Shown here piece after piece: positions 20,210 through 29,517 of a stretch of 64,000 bases of DNA. The notes beneath the pieces are model-generated. The model worked only from the letters and a program-made list of their open reading frames with translations, did not search any database and was not told the DNA's origin. The number at the start of each line of letters is the position of its first letter. Positions within the stretch are counted from its first letter, which is position 1. The translations under genes were made by a program, and so were the position numbers. Source of the DNA: Promethearchaeota archaeon (GTDB lineage: Archaea; Asgardarchaeota; Thorarchaeia; Thorarchaeales; Thorarchaeaceae); NCBI GenBank assembly GCA_014728035.1, contig WJMJ01000101.1, positions 1 through 64,000 of the forward strand. The letters run 5' to 3'.

Positions 20210-20392
20210 ATGCGAGTCGTATGGGAAGTTGATGATGGTTATGCAGGCCCCAGTCGTCCGCAGGTCACCATGGTAGACGATGACGAGCTTGCCGAATGTG
20301 AGACGCCGGAGGAGCGGGGGCAACTCATCAAGGATTATGTGCAGGCGGATTTCGACCAGCGCATCTCGTGGTATATCACAAGCAGGGAGTAG
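20210..20392 (+). CDS. Small acidic protein directly downstream of array 2
   Basis: GGAGAGGAG RBS; 60 aa, 15 D/E versus 6 K/R; GC-richer than its flanks. Confidence 0.7.
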   Translation: MRVVWEVDDGYAGPSRPQVTMVDDDELAECETPEERGQLIKDYVQADFDQRISWYITSRE

Positions 20393-20421
20393 TCGTGAAC
20401 AATCTCTCTGAGCACATGATG

Positions 20422-21057
20422 TTATGGTAATTTGTCTGTGATTATAGTATTACCATGTTTTCCACCAATCACATTGCTTTTATTATAATTCCTTTTCTTA
20501 CTTAAATGATAATGATATGTTTTGATTATCCCAGACGGGTTATGTACCGCATAACCACCTTGTTGTAGCAAATATACCAATCTTCCATCACACCCAGGCA
20601 AGCCAAGTTGAACATCAGCATTAATATTAATTGGTGGCACAAACACCCAAGTGTCATGAGTGGCACATTTTTTGCCCAATCCAAGCCTACGATCCCATTC
20701 CAGAGTCGATGTCCCATCGGCCAATACATCATACCGAGTTAGACAAAGAAATATACCATCCCAATTTATCCTGTGAAGTTGTGATATACTATTATCCACA
20801 ATGATATCAGTATTGACAATAATGCAAATATTTCCACACAAATATTGATTTGCATATTTGAAGTAATCATTATATGTAATTCTGTGGTCTATTTTTATAT
20901 TATGAGATTTTGGGTGAGATACTGGATTGCTCTCGTAAAATATGTGTACTGTATGAATCAGTGGGTTCTTTAAATTCTCCTTGATGCAATAATCTAATTC
21001 TCTTTGCCTCTTGGGGCAATCGTCCGAGTAGTATTGAGTCATCAAATGTATGTCCAT
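20422..21057 (-). CDS. Glycosyltransferase-like protein
   Basis: RQRELDYC, IVNTDI, LTRYD, HDTWVF, GLPGCD. Confidence 0.65.
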   Translation of the reverse strand: MDIHLMTQYYSDDCPKRQRELDYCIKENLKNPLIHTVHIFYESNPVSHPKSHNIKIDHRITYNDYFKYANQYLCGNICIIVNTDIIVDNSISQLHRINWDGIFLCLTRYDVLADGTSTLEWDRRLGLGKKCATHDTWVFVPPININADVQLGLPGCDGRLVYLLQQGGYAVHNPSGIIKTYHYHLSKKRNYNKSNVIGGKHGNTIITDKLP

Positions 21058-22288
21058 GATGGCCAGCCAATCTTATCAAATTTTTATGATTCCACAGATG
21101 CACTGCCAATGTTTCGTTGTATATCATAACGAAGCTATTTGCAAACATGTATCGTTGAATATATTTACTACCAGGAAGTGGGTGGAATATCTTCCATGAT
21201 ATAACATATTTGTCAAGCTTAAGCCTTCTCATTTCTGGCCTTATGATTTTAGGCCCAGTATCACCCCATTCTGGATCTCTCATTCTTAAACATGTATCAA
21301 ATAACCTTTTGGTGAATTCATGTCCAGCGGGAAACTTCATCACACCATTGACGATGCCATTAGATTTCACACCATGTGCAGAAAATTCAGATAATATAAT
21401 TTCACGATCATCTAAAATTCCAAATGGTTTCAAAAGGAAATAATCACAATCGAACCACCACCCACCAAATTCATGCAGCAGTTTATATCTAAACACATCT
21501 GATATAATACCATGCTGTTTATGTTCCTTGACTGATTTTATGATAGGTTCAACCAAATCAAAATCTAATATGTCTGATGCATCAAGAAATTTACAACCAG
21601 GTATGTTTGGATTTGCCTTTTCATCATATGAGTATAAATTTATATCATAGAAGTGGGTGAAAGATTCAATACAAATTCTACAAGTTTCATTTATGGGCCC
21701 ATGATTCCAGAACATATTGATATTTGTATTCTGGTTCATAATTCGTTTGAATTCATCAAATGTAATCAGATTTAGCACAGATTGTCTATGTTCGTCTAAG
21801 AATTCATAATCTAATATGTCAGGTATATCTATGACGTTTTGGTGGTCTCTCTTGATAATGCACATGCCAGTGTCTTCATCTATGGTATACATCGACAAAT
21901 CTGGTCTAGTTGAACGTAATATGGCCACTGCTTCCCACACGTTTCCCGACCACATCGGATGTAATCTTTTTATTTCACGCGGATTACAATCATGTAGTAC
22001 AATCGTACCATTGTCATTGAGACATTCAAGAGAATTGTAAACGTCACGCAGCACCTGATCACGTTCATGAAAACCATCTATGAATATTATGTCAAAAGAA
22101 TCTTTATTTTGCTTGAAGAAGTTGTCCGATTTGGTTTTGAATGTAGTTTTGGCATTTGGATCTACGCCCACTTTATTTGGCACATTTATTTCATTCCATG
22201 TATGCTTTTGGTCTACACCTATTTCTAGATAACGTTGATACCCATGGAATTCTATGATATAATTTATGATTTCCCATCTCTTAATCAT
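20900..22288 (-). CDS. SAM methyltransferase - DXD glycosyltransferase (GT32-like) fusion
   Basis: YLEIGV, FDIIFIDGFH, VLHDC; then SDVFRY, FGGWWFDCD, WGDTGP, AVHLWN. Confidence 0.85.
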   Translation of the reverse strand: MIKRWEIINYIIEFHGYQRYLEIGVDQKHTWNEINVPNKVGVDPNAKTTFKTKSDNFFKQNKDSFDIIFIDGFHERDQVLRDVYNSLECLNDNGTIVLHDCNPREIKRLHPMWSGNVWEAVAILRSTRPDLSMYTIDEDTGMCIIKRDHQNVIDIPDILDYEFLDEHRQSVLNLITFDEFKRIMNQNTNINMFWNHGPINETCRICIESFTHFYDINLYSYDEKANPNIPGCKFLDASDILDFDLVEPIIKSVKEHKQHGIISDVFRYKLLHEFGGWWFDCDYFLLKPFGILDDREIILSEFSAHGVKSNGIVNGVMKFPAGHEFTKRLFDTCLRMRDPEWGDTGPKIIRPEMRRLKLDKYVISWKIFHPLPGSKYIQRYMFANSFVMIYNETLAVHLWNHKNLIRLAGHHGHTFDDSILLGRLPQEAKRIRLLHQGEFKEPTDSYSTHILREQSSISPKIS

Positions 22289-23118
22289 TTAAACTCCAAG
22301 TCAAAATATGTGTGAAAGATATATTTCAATCTAGCATGCAATGAATGTTTGGTATTATAATATTCGCTGAGTTTGATTGGGTCAAAATCATGGATCATAA
22401 ACGGAATATCACCTACATTATGGTATAATATGATATTGTTCTCAAACATGTCTTCTAATGTCTTGGAATATTCGCTTATAGGCATAACTCCACATGCACC
22501 ATATTCAAATGATCTAAAATTTGGTAAACCATCTTTATATACACCCACGTTTATACCATATTTATATGATTTAATTTCTTTGATATATTCATAGGGGTGC
22601 ATTTCTTTCTGATTGATAAAAAATCTATCACCCAAGATGCTTTTAATGTTCTTTATTTCTCTTTGTCTAAAATGATTTGATTGTGGATATACTCTACAAT
22701 GTATACCAAATTCATGCTTTCGTTTGGAAATTGATTTAATAGAGCCTTTATAGTCGAAGAATAATGGCACAAAATTATCAGCTGACTTCATTGATGAATC
22801 TGGTATCGAGGTAAGATGTAGATCACTGGTTGTAGCACGTCTGGTGTGTCTATATGAATCAGTGCTCCATGTTATGTATTTGGTACCATATCCTTTTGGC
22901 TTCTTCATCTGATCAAATAGATGCTCACTGCAACCAACATTAATAGCCAACACAAAATCTGGTTGAATACGATTTATAGCATCAACATACCCACCACCAA
23001 ATTTGGTTGAATATGAAAAATTTGGATCTTTTTCTTGCGGGTTACAAAACACTTTCCAGCCAGAAACTGTTGGAATATTATACATCCACGATGAGCAAAA
23101 TATTATTAATTTTTTCAT
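22285..23118 (-). CDS. Glycosyltransferase-like protein (CgeB-like C-terminus)
   Basis: NFRSFEYGACG, HSLHAR. Confidence 0.6.
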   Translation of the reverse strand: MKKLIIFCSSWMYNIPTVSGWKVFCNPQEKDPNFSYSTKFGGGYVDAINRIQPDFVLAINVGCSEHLFDQMKKPKGYGTKYITWSTDSYRHTRRATTSDLHLTSIPDSSMKSADNFVPLFFDYKGSIKSISKRKHEFGIHCRVYPQSNHFRQREIKNIKSILGDRFFINQKEMHPYEYIKEIKSYKYGINVGVYKDGLPNFRSFEYGACGVMPISEYSKTLEDMFENNIILYHNVGDIPFMIHDFDPIKLSEYYNTKHSLHARLKYIFHTYFDLEFK

Positions 23119-23666
23119 TTCATATATACAAACATACCATGAGGTTTGCGTTGTATGATATTGATATCGAACATACCATTCAATTTATCATACCACCAAG
23201 ATTCGTCTTTAACAGTCACGTGTAGATCCATGCCCCATTTTTCGTCTTCATGCCATGCAACGCTCACTATCGCATGTTTTCCGGTAACTCTTCTCAATTC
23301 TAATAGGCTTTGATCGATTAGATCTTCTGGGATATGTTCAAGAACGTCAAATGCAGTCACTAGGTCAAATGTGCAATTGAATTTTATGTCTGACATTGGG
23401 CAACAAACAAATTTGACGCCAGATATTGATAATTGATCGATAAGAGATTGTGAAATATCACAGGCACTTACTTTTTTACCTCTTTTTAACATCAAAGAAG
23501 CGAATTGTGCCCTACCACATCCAATATCAAGCACAGTATCAAAATCTAATTGATCAATAAATTTTATTACATTGGCACCGTGACAAAGAGAACCATAAAG
23601 TGAATTTGTATTTGGATACCTAAAATTGCCAGCATATATACGATCATATTTATCCTTCTCTTGCAT
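23115..23666 (-). CDS. Class I SAM-dependent methyltransferase
   Basis: VLDIGCGRA, FDLVTAFDVLEHI. Confidence 0.92.
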   Translation of the reverse strand: MQEKDKYDRIYAGNFRYPNTNSLYGSLCHGANVIKFIDQLDFDTVLDIGCGRAQFASLMLKRGKKVSACDISQSLIDQLSISGVKFVCCPMSDIKFNCTFDLVTAFDVLEHIPEDLIDQSLLELRRVTGKHAIVSVAWHEDEKWGMDLHVTVKDESWWYDKLNGMFDINIIQRKPHGMFVYMK

Positions 23667-24330
23667 ATTTGCTCCTTAATATATCCACGAATTTAATTTC
23701 ATCGATCAACATATTGCTTAATTTGTCAAAATCTTCATCAGTGGGTTCAAACTCGTAAATAGATTTATTATCGTGTTTTATTTTTAGTTTGATTCCCAAG
23801 TCGTGTGATATCTTATTCATACCATTATTAATGTTGTCCGTGAATAAGATGTATTTGCATTTACTTGTGGTTTCCAACGCTTCATCTACATTATAAGTTG
23901 ATGAAAACATATAGAGTTGTTCACATAATCGTGTGCGTGGAAGTTTATTTAAAAAATCGGAGAAGCTTGAACCTAACCAAATATGTCCTGGTCTTGGCTC
24001 ACCAACCGATTTCTTCCACATCATTGCCCTGTAAATTGATAATACTCTTTTTATTGGGTCTCTAAAACAGGTAATTTTTATTATATGTTGTGCTAGATTT
24101 AAATTGTGTGATGGTATATGTGAAAAACCATAAAAATATGATCCATTGTTTAGTTCATCTATTACATCCCTCACGAATTTATATTTATCACATCTAATGG
24201 ATTTGTGCTTATTAAGTTCATTATAGACCAACTGTGGGTCTTTCCCACTTGCGGAGAAAAACGCAAAATTTATACTTGTACCACCAGTCTTTCTTATGTG
24301 GTAAAAATATATTGTTGGGTTTTCATTCAT
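23650..24330 (-). CDS. Sulfotransferase (family 2-like)
   Basis: FYHIRKTGGTS PAPS loop; FRDPIKRVLS. Confidence 0.85.
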   Translation of the reverse strand: MNENPTIYFYHIRKTGGTSINFAFFSASGKDPQLVYNELNKHKSIRCDKYKFVRDVIDELNNGSYFYGFSHIPSHNLNLAQHIIKITCFRDPIKRVLSIYRAMMWKKSVGEPRPGHIWLGSSFSDFLNKLPRTRLCEQLYMFSSTYNVDEALETTSKCKYILFTDNINNGMNKISHDLGIKLKIKHDNKSIYEFEPTDEDFDKLSNMLIDEIKFVDILRSKYAREG

Positions 24331-25108
24331 TTATTAATGATTCCACCCCATCTATTGGTCCGAACAATTCATTGGATAATTCTATTACCTCATTATCGAA
24401 TAACTTCCTAAAGTTATTGTCTGAACGAAATTCTTGCCATCTATGCATTACATCCATTCTTCTTGGTTTACCGTCATACTTCACCCCATCAAATGAACTT
24501 CCACCACCAAAATCATATACTTTTTTATTATCACATCGGTATTCAAAACCAAGATTTTTCGCCATGTCATATCTATATTGCCTATCATTGAACCATTTAT
24601 TATATAGAAATATATGATCGAATCCGATGAAATCGGTTTTTCCCATTGCTTCTCTAGCCAGCTTCTTCCATCTCTTTATATCTTGTGGTATTCCACGACC
24701 AACTTTATATAAACTAGCCATGGTGTTGAATGGATCCCTAATTACCAGTATTTTTGTGATATTATCACATAATGGACTAAGATGCGTGTTGATATCATCA
24801 ACTGGATAAATATCAACCTCAACATCTTCACAACCTATAATTAAGCATTGGATGTCTTGTGACCAAAACTCATTAGGATTTCTGGTTGTGCTTTTTACAA
24901 TAGTATCATTCTGCCTAGTAAATATGACAAGGTTATTCTTACCACAAATTGTTTTTATATTAGATAGATCGTAGATATCATTTACGTTATGTACTACTGG
25001 AAAGGGCATTTGTGATATTAACCAGCCACTAGCTGCATGCTGCCCACCACGCCTCACGCCGGCCATAAACACAATCTTGTCAATCATGATGACATAAATT
25101 CTTCCCAT
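24323..25108 (-). CDS. Sulfotransferase-like protein
   Basis: GVRRGGQHA, IRDPFNTMAS. Confidence 0.65.
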   Translation of the reverse strand: MGRIYVIMIDKIVFMAGVRRGGQHAASGWLISQMPFPVVHNVNDIYDLSNIKTICGKNNLVIFTRQNDTIVKSTTRNPNEFWSQDIQCLIIGCEDVEVDIYPVDDINTHLSPLCDNITKILVIRDPFNTMASLYKVGRGIPQDIKRWKKLAREAMGKTDFIGFDHIFLYNKWFNDRQYRYDMAKNLGFEYRCDNKKVYDFGGGSSFDGVKYDGKPRRMDVMHRWQEFRSDNNFRKLFDNEVIELSNELFGPIDGVESLINE

Positions 25109-26004
25109 TTATATAAAATATCAGCAAATGACCTGGGGAATTTTCTATTCACACCCCAAAATTCAAGGTGTTTACAAGGACATTTAGATGATTTGCATAT
25201 TCCTGGAGTACGAATTCTAGAAGGTAGTTTATTGATATCTTCGGGGAATGACCCAAAGAAATTTGGATTGCCGTCTCCATGACAAGTCGCCATGCGCCAC
25301 CAAGCATCTATGACTAGCGCTTTATGCCCTGATTCACATACACCACCCGCTACTTTCCAAGCTTCTGGAGTAATATCCCATATTGACATATCAACATTTG
25401 GATGTGACCGATATTTGTCTTCTATCTGTTTTTCTTCTTCTAACTGCGCCAAATCACTTTGCCCTATACGATATCTACACAATAACAACTTAAGACCTAG
25501 CTGCTTCATGGCTTCCAACACATCATCAAGTAGGTTAAAGTAACATGGATGAGCTACAATGGTTGGCCATATTTTTATACCCGATTCAATCATTATGCTA
25601 ACACGTTCAATCGTTTTAGCAAGTACTTTATGCTTTTTCATCTCTGCCCAATGAACCGACCAATACATTCCTATATTTTTAGTGTTGATAGTTGTCAAAT
25701 ATTCTGGTGTATCATTACCAAAGTAAGCCAAATTGGTAACTGGACATACTTTGTGATCAGCCGATAAAGCTGTCATGATTTCTTTAAAATCTGGTCTCAT
25801 AAAAGGTTCACCTATAGCACACATCCAAAATAAAAATCGGTCAACCTTAACCACTGCTTTGATTTTTTCAATGAGGTTCAAGTAATCTTGTCCACATATG
25901 CGTTTGGGGTCTTTCCTTCTGTCAAATGATGGTGGTATGTAGCAATATTTACATGCAAATTGACATGGTGCTGGTATTTCTGACATTACCAAGAAATCAC
26001 GCAT
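25084..26004 (-). CDS. Radical SAM protein with SPASM/twitch-like C-terminus
   Basis: CQFACKYC, GEPF, VTNL, C-terminal Cys cluster. Confidence 0.88.
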   Translation of the reverse strand: MRDFLVMSEIPAPCQFACKYCYIPPSFDRRKDPKRICGQDYLNLIEKIKAVVKVDRFLFWMCAIGEPFMRPDFKEIMTALSADHKVCPVTNLAYFGNDTPEYLTTINTKNIGMYWSVHWAEMKKHKVLAKTIERVSIMIESGIKIWPTIVAHPCYFNLLDDVLEAMKQLGLKLLLCRYRIGQSDLAQLEEEKQIEDKYRSHPNVDMSIWDITPEAWKVAGGVCESGHKALVIDAWWRMATCHGDGNPNFFGSFPEDINKLPSRIRTPGICKSSKCPCKHLEFWGVNRKFPRSFADILYKWEEFMSS

Positions 26005-26744
26005 TAATGCCTCTCAATCTGTTTATATGGCTTCTTTGATAATATATATTTTAATGAAGACATCTCAGTTTTATTCTCAGCAGTTTGTTGGCCATATATA
26101 TTATATTTATATAATATATCTTTTATATATCTAACATGTTTTTTGCCACACATTTCTAACATTGGGTACATGAATGCTCTATCAGTAGCTCTTATGATCC
26201 ATGATCCATCTGGCATCAAGAAATCAGTGGGATCTATCATATCCCACAACCATTTTTTAAATGTTCTCAGATGGCTTGCTGACCATGTGCTTTGACGATG
26301 AGAGTTGTTGGCCCACACCCTATCCTTTATTTCTTTTGACCATCCTCTATTGCCATTATTATCGATATATGATCCATATGTCATCCACACGTCTTTATCT
26401 TGATATATATCATTGATGACTGATAATACTCTATTGTGGTATAAACTATCATCTAGATCAACACATACTAATATTGATTCTGGATCCTGGACCTCTTTGG
26501 TACACCTATGAGTATTCCTTAGACAACCATGGCGATTCTTATTAATAAATAAAGTAAATCTATGATCGCCACCTATTGCAGACTGAACTAGGGGAATACT
26601 TTTGTCATTGGATGGATCTAAAATAACTACGCAATGCCAATTATCATGTTCCTGGTCAACAATAGAACGGTGCCACGCCTGCACAAAATTTGCACAGTTA
26701 CGCCCGACGGACATGATAGTGAAGTGTGATTTACCAATTGCCAC
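26004..26744 (-). CDS. GT2 glycosyltransferase
   Basis: SIVDQ...W, VDLDD, WMTYGSY, SHLRTF, DRAFMYPMLEMCG. Confidence 0.85.
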   Translation of the reverse strand: MAIGKSHFTIMSVGRNCANFVQAWHRSIVDQEHDNWHCVVILDPSNDKSIPLVQSAIGGDHRFTLFINKNRHGCLRNTHRCTKEVQDPESILVCVDLDDSLYHNRVLSVINDIYQDKDVWMTYGSYIDNNGNRGWSKEIKDRVWANNSHRQSTWSASHLRTFKKWLWDMIDPTDFLMPDGSWIIRATDRAFMYPMLEMCGKKHVRYIKDILYKYNIYGQQTAENKTEMSSLKYILSKKPYKQIERH

Positions 26745-27012
26745 TTATTTTCTTCATCACACGGTTTCTTAACTCAGTAGCAACCGATACTGCCAAGGCA
26801 GTGTGATCTACTTCTTGACCATGGAACACAACTGCTGGGGTACTACTATCCTTACGCAATGCTGCGAATACTAGGCATCTGATGTCGTCATGCTTACCAA
26901 GTAGTATTTCCCTAAATGCCAAAAGCTCGTCAATCAAAGCCTCGTCTGCGTCCGTTTCATTTTGTTTTTCTTCATTGACTTCGACATCTTGTTCGTCTCG
27001 CTCATTATCCAT
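26731..27012 (-). CDS. Hypothetical protein
   Basis: GGAG RBS; first gene of the minus-strand operon. Confidence 0.6.
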   Translation of the reverse strand: MDNERDEQDVEVNEEKQNETDADEALIDELLAFREILLGKHDDIRCLVFAALRKDSSTPAVVFHGQEVDHTALAVSVATELRNRVMKKISGNW

Positions 27013-27038
27013 TATCTGTCTCCGTATCTAACTGTTAT

Positions 27039-27647
27039 ATGGAACGTGACGATAAAATACGTGAAGTAATAAAGATCTTTGTAAGGGCATCAGGCAGAAG
27101 TAATATTTTGCCTGCCAACACAGATCCCAAGGATACTTATCAATGGCGATATGCTGCTAGATTCGTTGATCGTATGGATCAAACACAAGTATCTTGGGAT
27201 GTTATGGAACAAATAATTTATTTAATAGTAGACCATGTGAAAGAACATAAATCGTTGTGGTCCAAAGGATTGTGGATACTAACCAGGAAAGACATAATCG
27301 ATATAAGTTACAACAAAATTAACAAGAGTTTGTTATCTAAACATAGTATTTTAGATGTTTTGAAACGTAATTATGAATTTGCTGAAGAACATAATTTTGA
27401 GTTTAGTGCTAAGCCAAATAAATTTGGATACCCAAATTTAATATCATGGTATAATGCAAATTACATAAATCATAATTACATTGCTCTGTCAGAATCATGT
27501 AATCGTGCTATGTGTGAATTAGACAATTCTGACAGAAGAAGACTACCGATAAAGAATATTACAATGCAGAGGATATTATTGACCTCTGACAATGAATTTA
27601 AAAGAAAAGCAAAAGAAATTATGCCGAAAGATTTCATTAACCTATAG
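27039..27647 (+). CDS. Hypothetical protein
   Basis: 202-aa ORF. Confidence 0.6.
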   Translation: MERDDKIREVIKIFVRASGRSNILPANTDPKDTYQWRYAARFVDRMDQTQVSWDVMEQIIYLIVDHVKEHKSLWSKGLWILTRKDIIDISYNKINKSLLSKHSILDVLKRNYEFAEEHNFEFSAKPNKFGYPNLISWYNANYINHNYIALSESCNRAMCELDNSDRRRLPIKNITMQRILLTSDNEFKRKAKEIMPKDFINL

Positions 27648-27657
27648 GAGAAGTCAA

Positions 27658-27954
27658 ATGCAAACTAACGTGATCGTGTCTTATGTTGCCGCTGAGGATG
27701 GAAAAGCCAGGTGGGGTTATATTGACGATAATACTCTCCAATGCTTGAATAAATATGTGGAAAGTAATGATGCAGACAAAGAATTCAAAGGCAACATATC
27801 TTGTACAGTATATGTACATGATGGAAGATTTGGCACTGCCAAAATTAAAGACTTGACTGTGATTAAGCCATTCGCGTCTATTAATGCAGACGACCCTATT
27901 TATAAAATCAATGATCCAGAGGTGATTGATGCAGATAATAATGTGGGACAATAG
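27658..27954 (+). CDS. Hypothetical protein
   Basis: AGGAG RBS before MQTNV. Confidence 0.6.
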   Translation: MQTNVIVSYVAAEDGKARWGYIDDNTLQCLNKYVESNDADKEFKGNISCTVYVHDGRFGTAKIKDLTVIKPFASINADDPIYKINDPEVIDADNNVGQ

Positions 27955-29449
27955 GTGGTTATATTTAAATAACTTAACCGCAGACGTTGAAAATCTAATT
28001 GACGATCATTTTAGCGCCAAGGACCCATCATCTGTATATATAGATGATTCTATGAGTCAACATTGGGATGGTGTATATCATCGATACAATTCTAATAAGC
28101 AACGGTTATCAAAAGGATATCTCAACGATTTACTGAAATTGTGTGATGATAAACATATACCTGTTGAAATTGATGATAGAAGACCTCCATCGAAATATCC
28201 AATGTTTAGTAAATCAGATATTAAAAGTAATATTATGTCAGGGATTGTCCTTGAGAAACATCAATTAGAAGCTTTGGAAGCATGCACCACAAATGAGATC
28301 GGACTTTTCCACCACATCACCGGGGCAGGCAAGACTGAAGTGATTTGTGCTATAGCAAAACTTCTTCAATGCCCCACATTAATAATCGCGGAGGAAACCA
28401 TTGTAGTCAAGCAAATAAGAGATAGACTTAAATTGCGAGATGTAGTTGATGATGTGGGTATGTTTTATGCTGGTGTTACACCTGAAGATCAATTAGTATG
28501 TGTCGGATCACTACAGAGTATTATGTCACCACCAGGCAAAATAACGTCTAAAACCAGCGAAAAACGAAAGAAAGCCATCAAAACCAGGGCCAATAACGCA
28601 AAGAAGTATAAGGAATTGGTTAAACGATGTGAATTATTGATGGTTGATGAAGCCGATAAGTGTTGCAATAAAGTATATCGTAAGTTAATTATGCAATATT
28701 GCAACGCCAGATATATCTATGGATTTACAGGCACGGTGCCCGATCCTAAGGATGAACCCATAGAATATCTTAATATGCGTGAATTGGTAGGAAATGTCAT
28801 ATCTAGTGCAAACAGAAGATATTTGGAAAGTATTGGCAGAATTATACCAGTAAAATGCATTATGATGACATTTGGACCCAATCAGAAGAACAATAAAGCT
28901 GCATTCGATATAGCTGTGTCACGATGGATTAAAAACAATAAGAAATTTCATGATCAAGTGAAGTTTATAACAGACAGCTTTCCAAAAGATAATTTCCTCA
29001 TACTAGTAGAGGATGTTGCTTTGGGATTATCATTGGAAAAGCTAATAGACGGCTCTAAGTTTATATATGGTAAAACATCTAAAAAGCAACGTGATAATGC
29101 CATCAAATCGTTTGAGAATGGGGAAATGCGTATACTTATTGGTAGCAAAATACTCAAACGCGGTCTTGACATAGACGGCGGGGTTGACAATGTGATCTTA
29201 TGTGCCAGCAGCAAGAATAGCAGAGATCTCGAACAAAAAATCGGTCGTGCTGTTAGAGTTAATGAGCGGAAATGGGCAAGAATCTTCGATTTTATGTTTA
29301 TATGTTCACATTACTTATATCAACATTCACGTAAGCGGTTGAGAATGATGGTTTCTTTAGGGTATCCAACCACTGTTGTTACGCCAAATGCCGACTTTGA
29401 TGGTAAGGATGTCCTAAAAAGAGGATTCAATATCTTCCGTTATGTATAA
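27926..29449 (+). CDS. uvsW: UvsW-like superfamily 2 helicase
   Basis: TGAGKT, VDEAD, GFTGT, LKRGLDI, QKIGRAVR. Confidence 0.88.
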   Translation: MMQIIMWDNRWLYLNNLTADVENLIDDHFSAKDPSSVYIDDSMSQHWDGVYHRYNSNKQRLSKGYLNDLLKLCDDKHIPVEIDDRRPPSKYPMFSKSDIKSNIMSGIVLEKHQLEALEACTTNEIGLFHHITGAGKTEVICAIAKLLQCPTLIIAEETIVVKQIRDRLKLRDVVDDVGMFYAGVTPEDQLVCVGSLQSIMSPPGKITSKTSEKRKKAIKTRANNAKKYKELVKRCELLMVDEADKCCNKVYRKLIMQYCNARYIYGFTGTVPDPKDEPIEYLNMRELVGNVISSANRRYLESIGRIIPVKCIMMTFGPNQKNNKAAFDIAVSRWIKNNKKFHDQVKFITDSFPKDNFLILVEDVALGLSLEKLIDGSKFIYGKTSKKQRDNAIKSFENGEMRILIGSKILKRGLDIDGGVDNVILCASSKNSRDLEQKIGRAVRVNERKWARIFDFMFICSHYLYQHSRKRLRMMVSLGYPTTVVTPNADFDGKDVLKRGFNIFRYV

Positions 29450-29517
29450 TTAATGCCCTCCATTTATGTCACATATTGTCTTGTCGTATTTTATTGGGCA
29501 GACGACAAGGTGAATAT

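Noticed and set aside
19340-20323. Short ORFs overlapping the leader/arrays (19340-19591, 19971-20156, 19989-20207, 20033-20323; also 57585-57776 and 57841-58125)
   Set aside because: Chance frames through GC-rich repeats; repeat indels break frame consistency between copies
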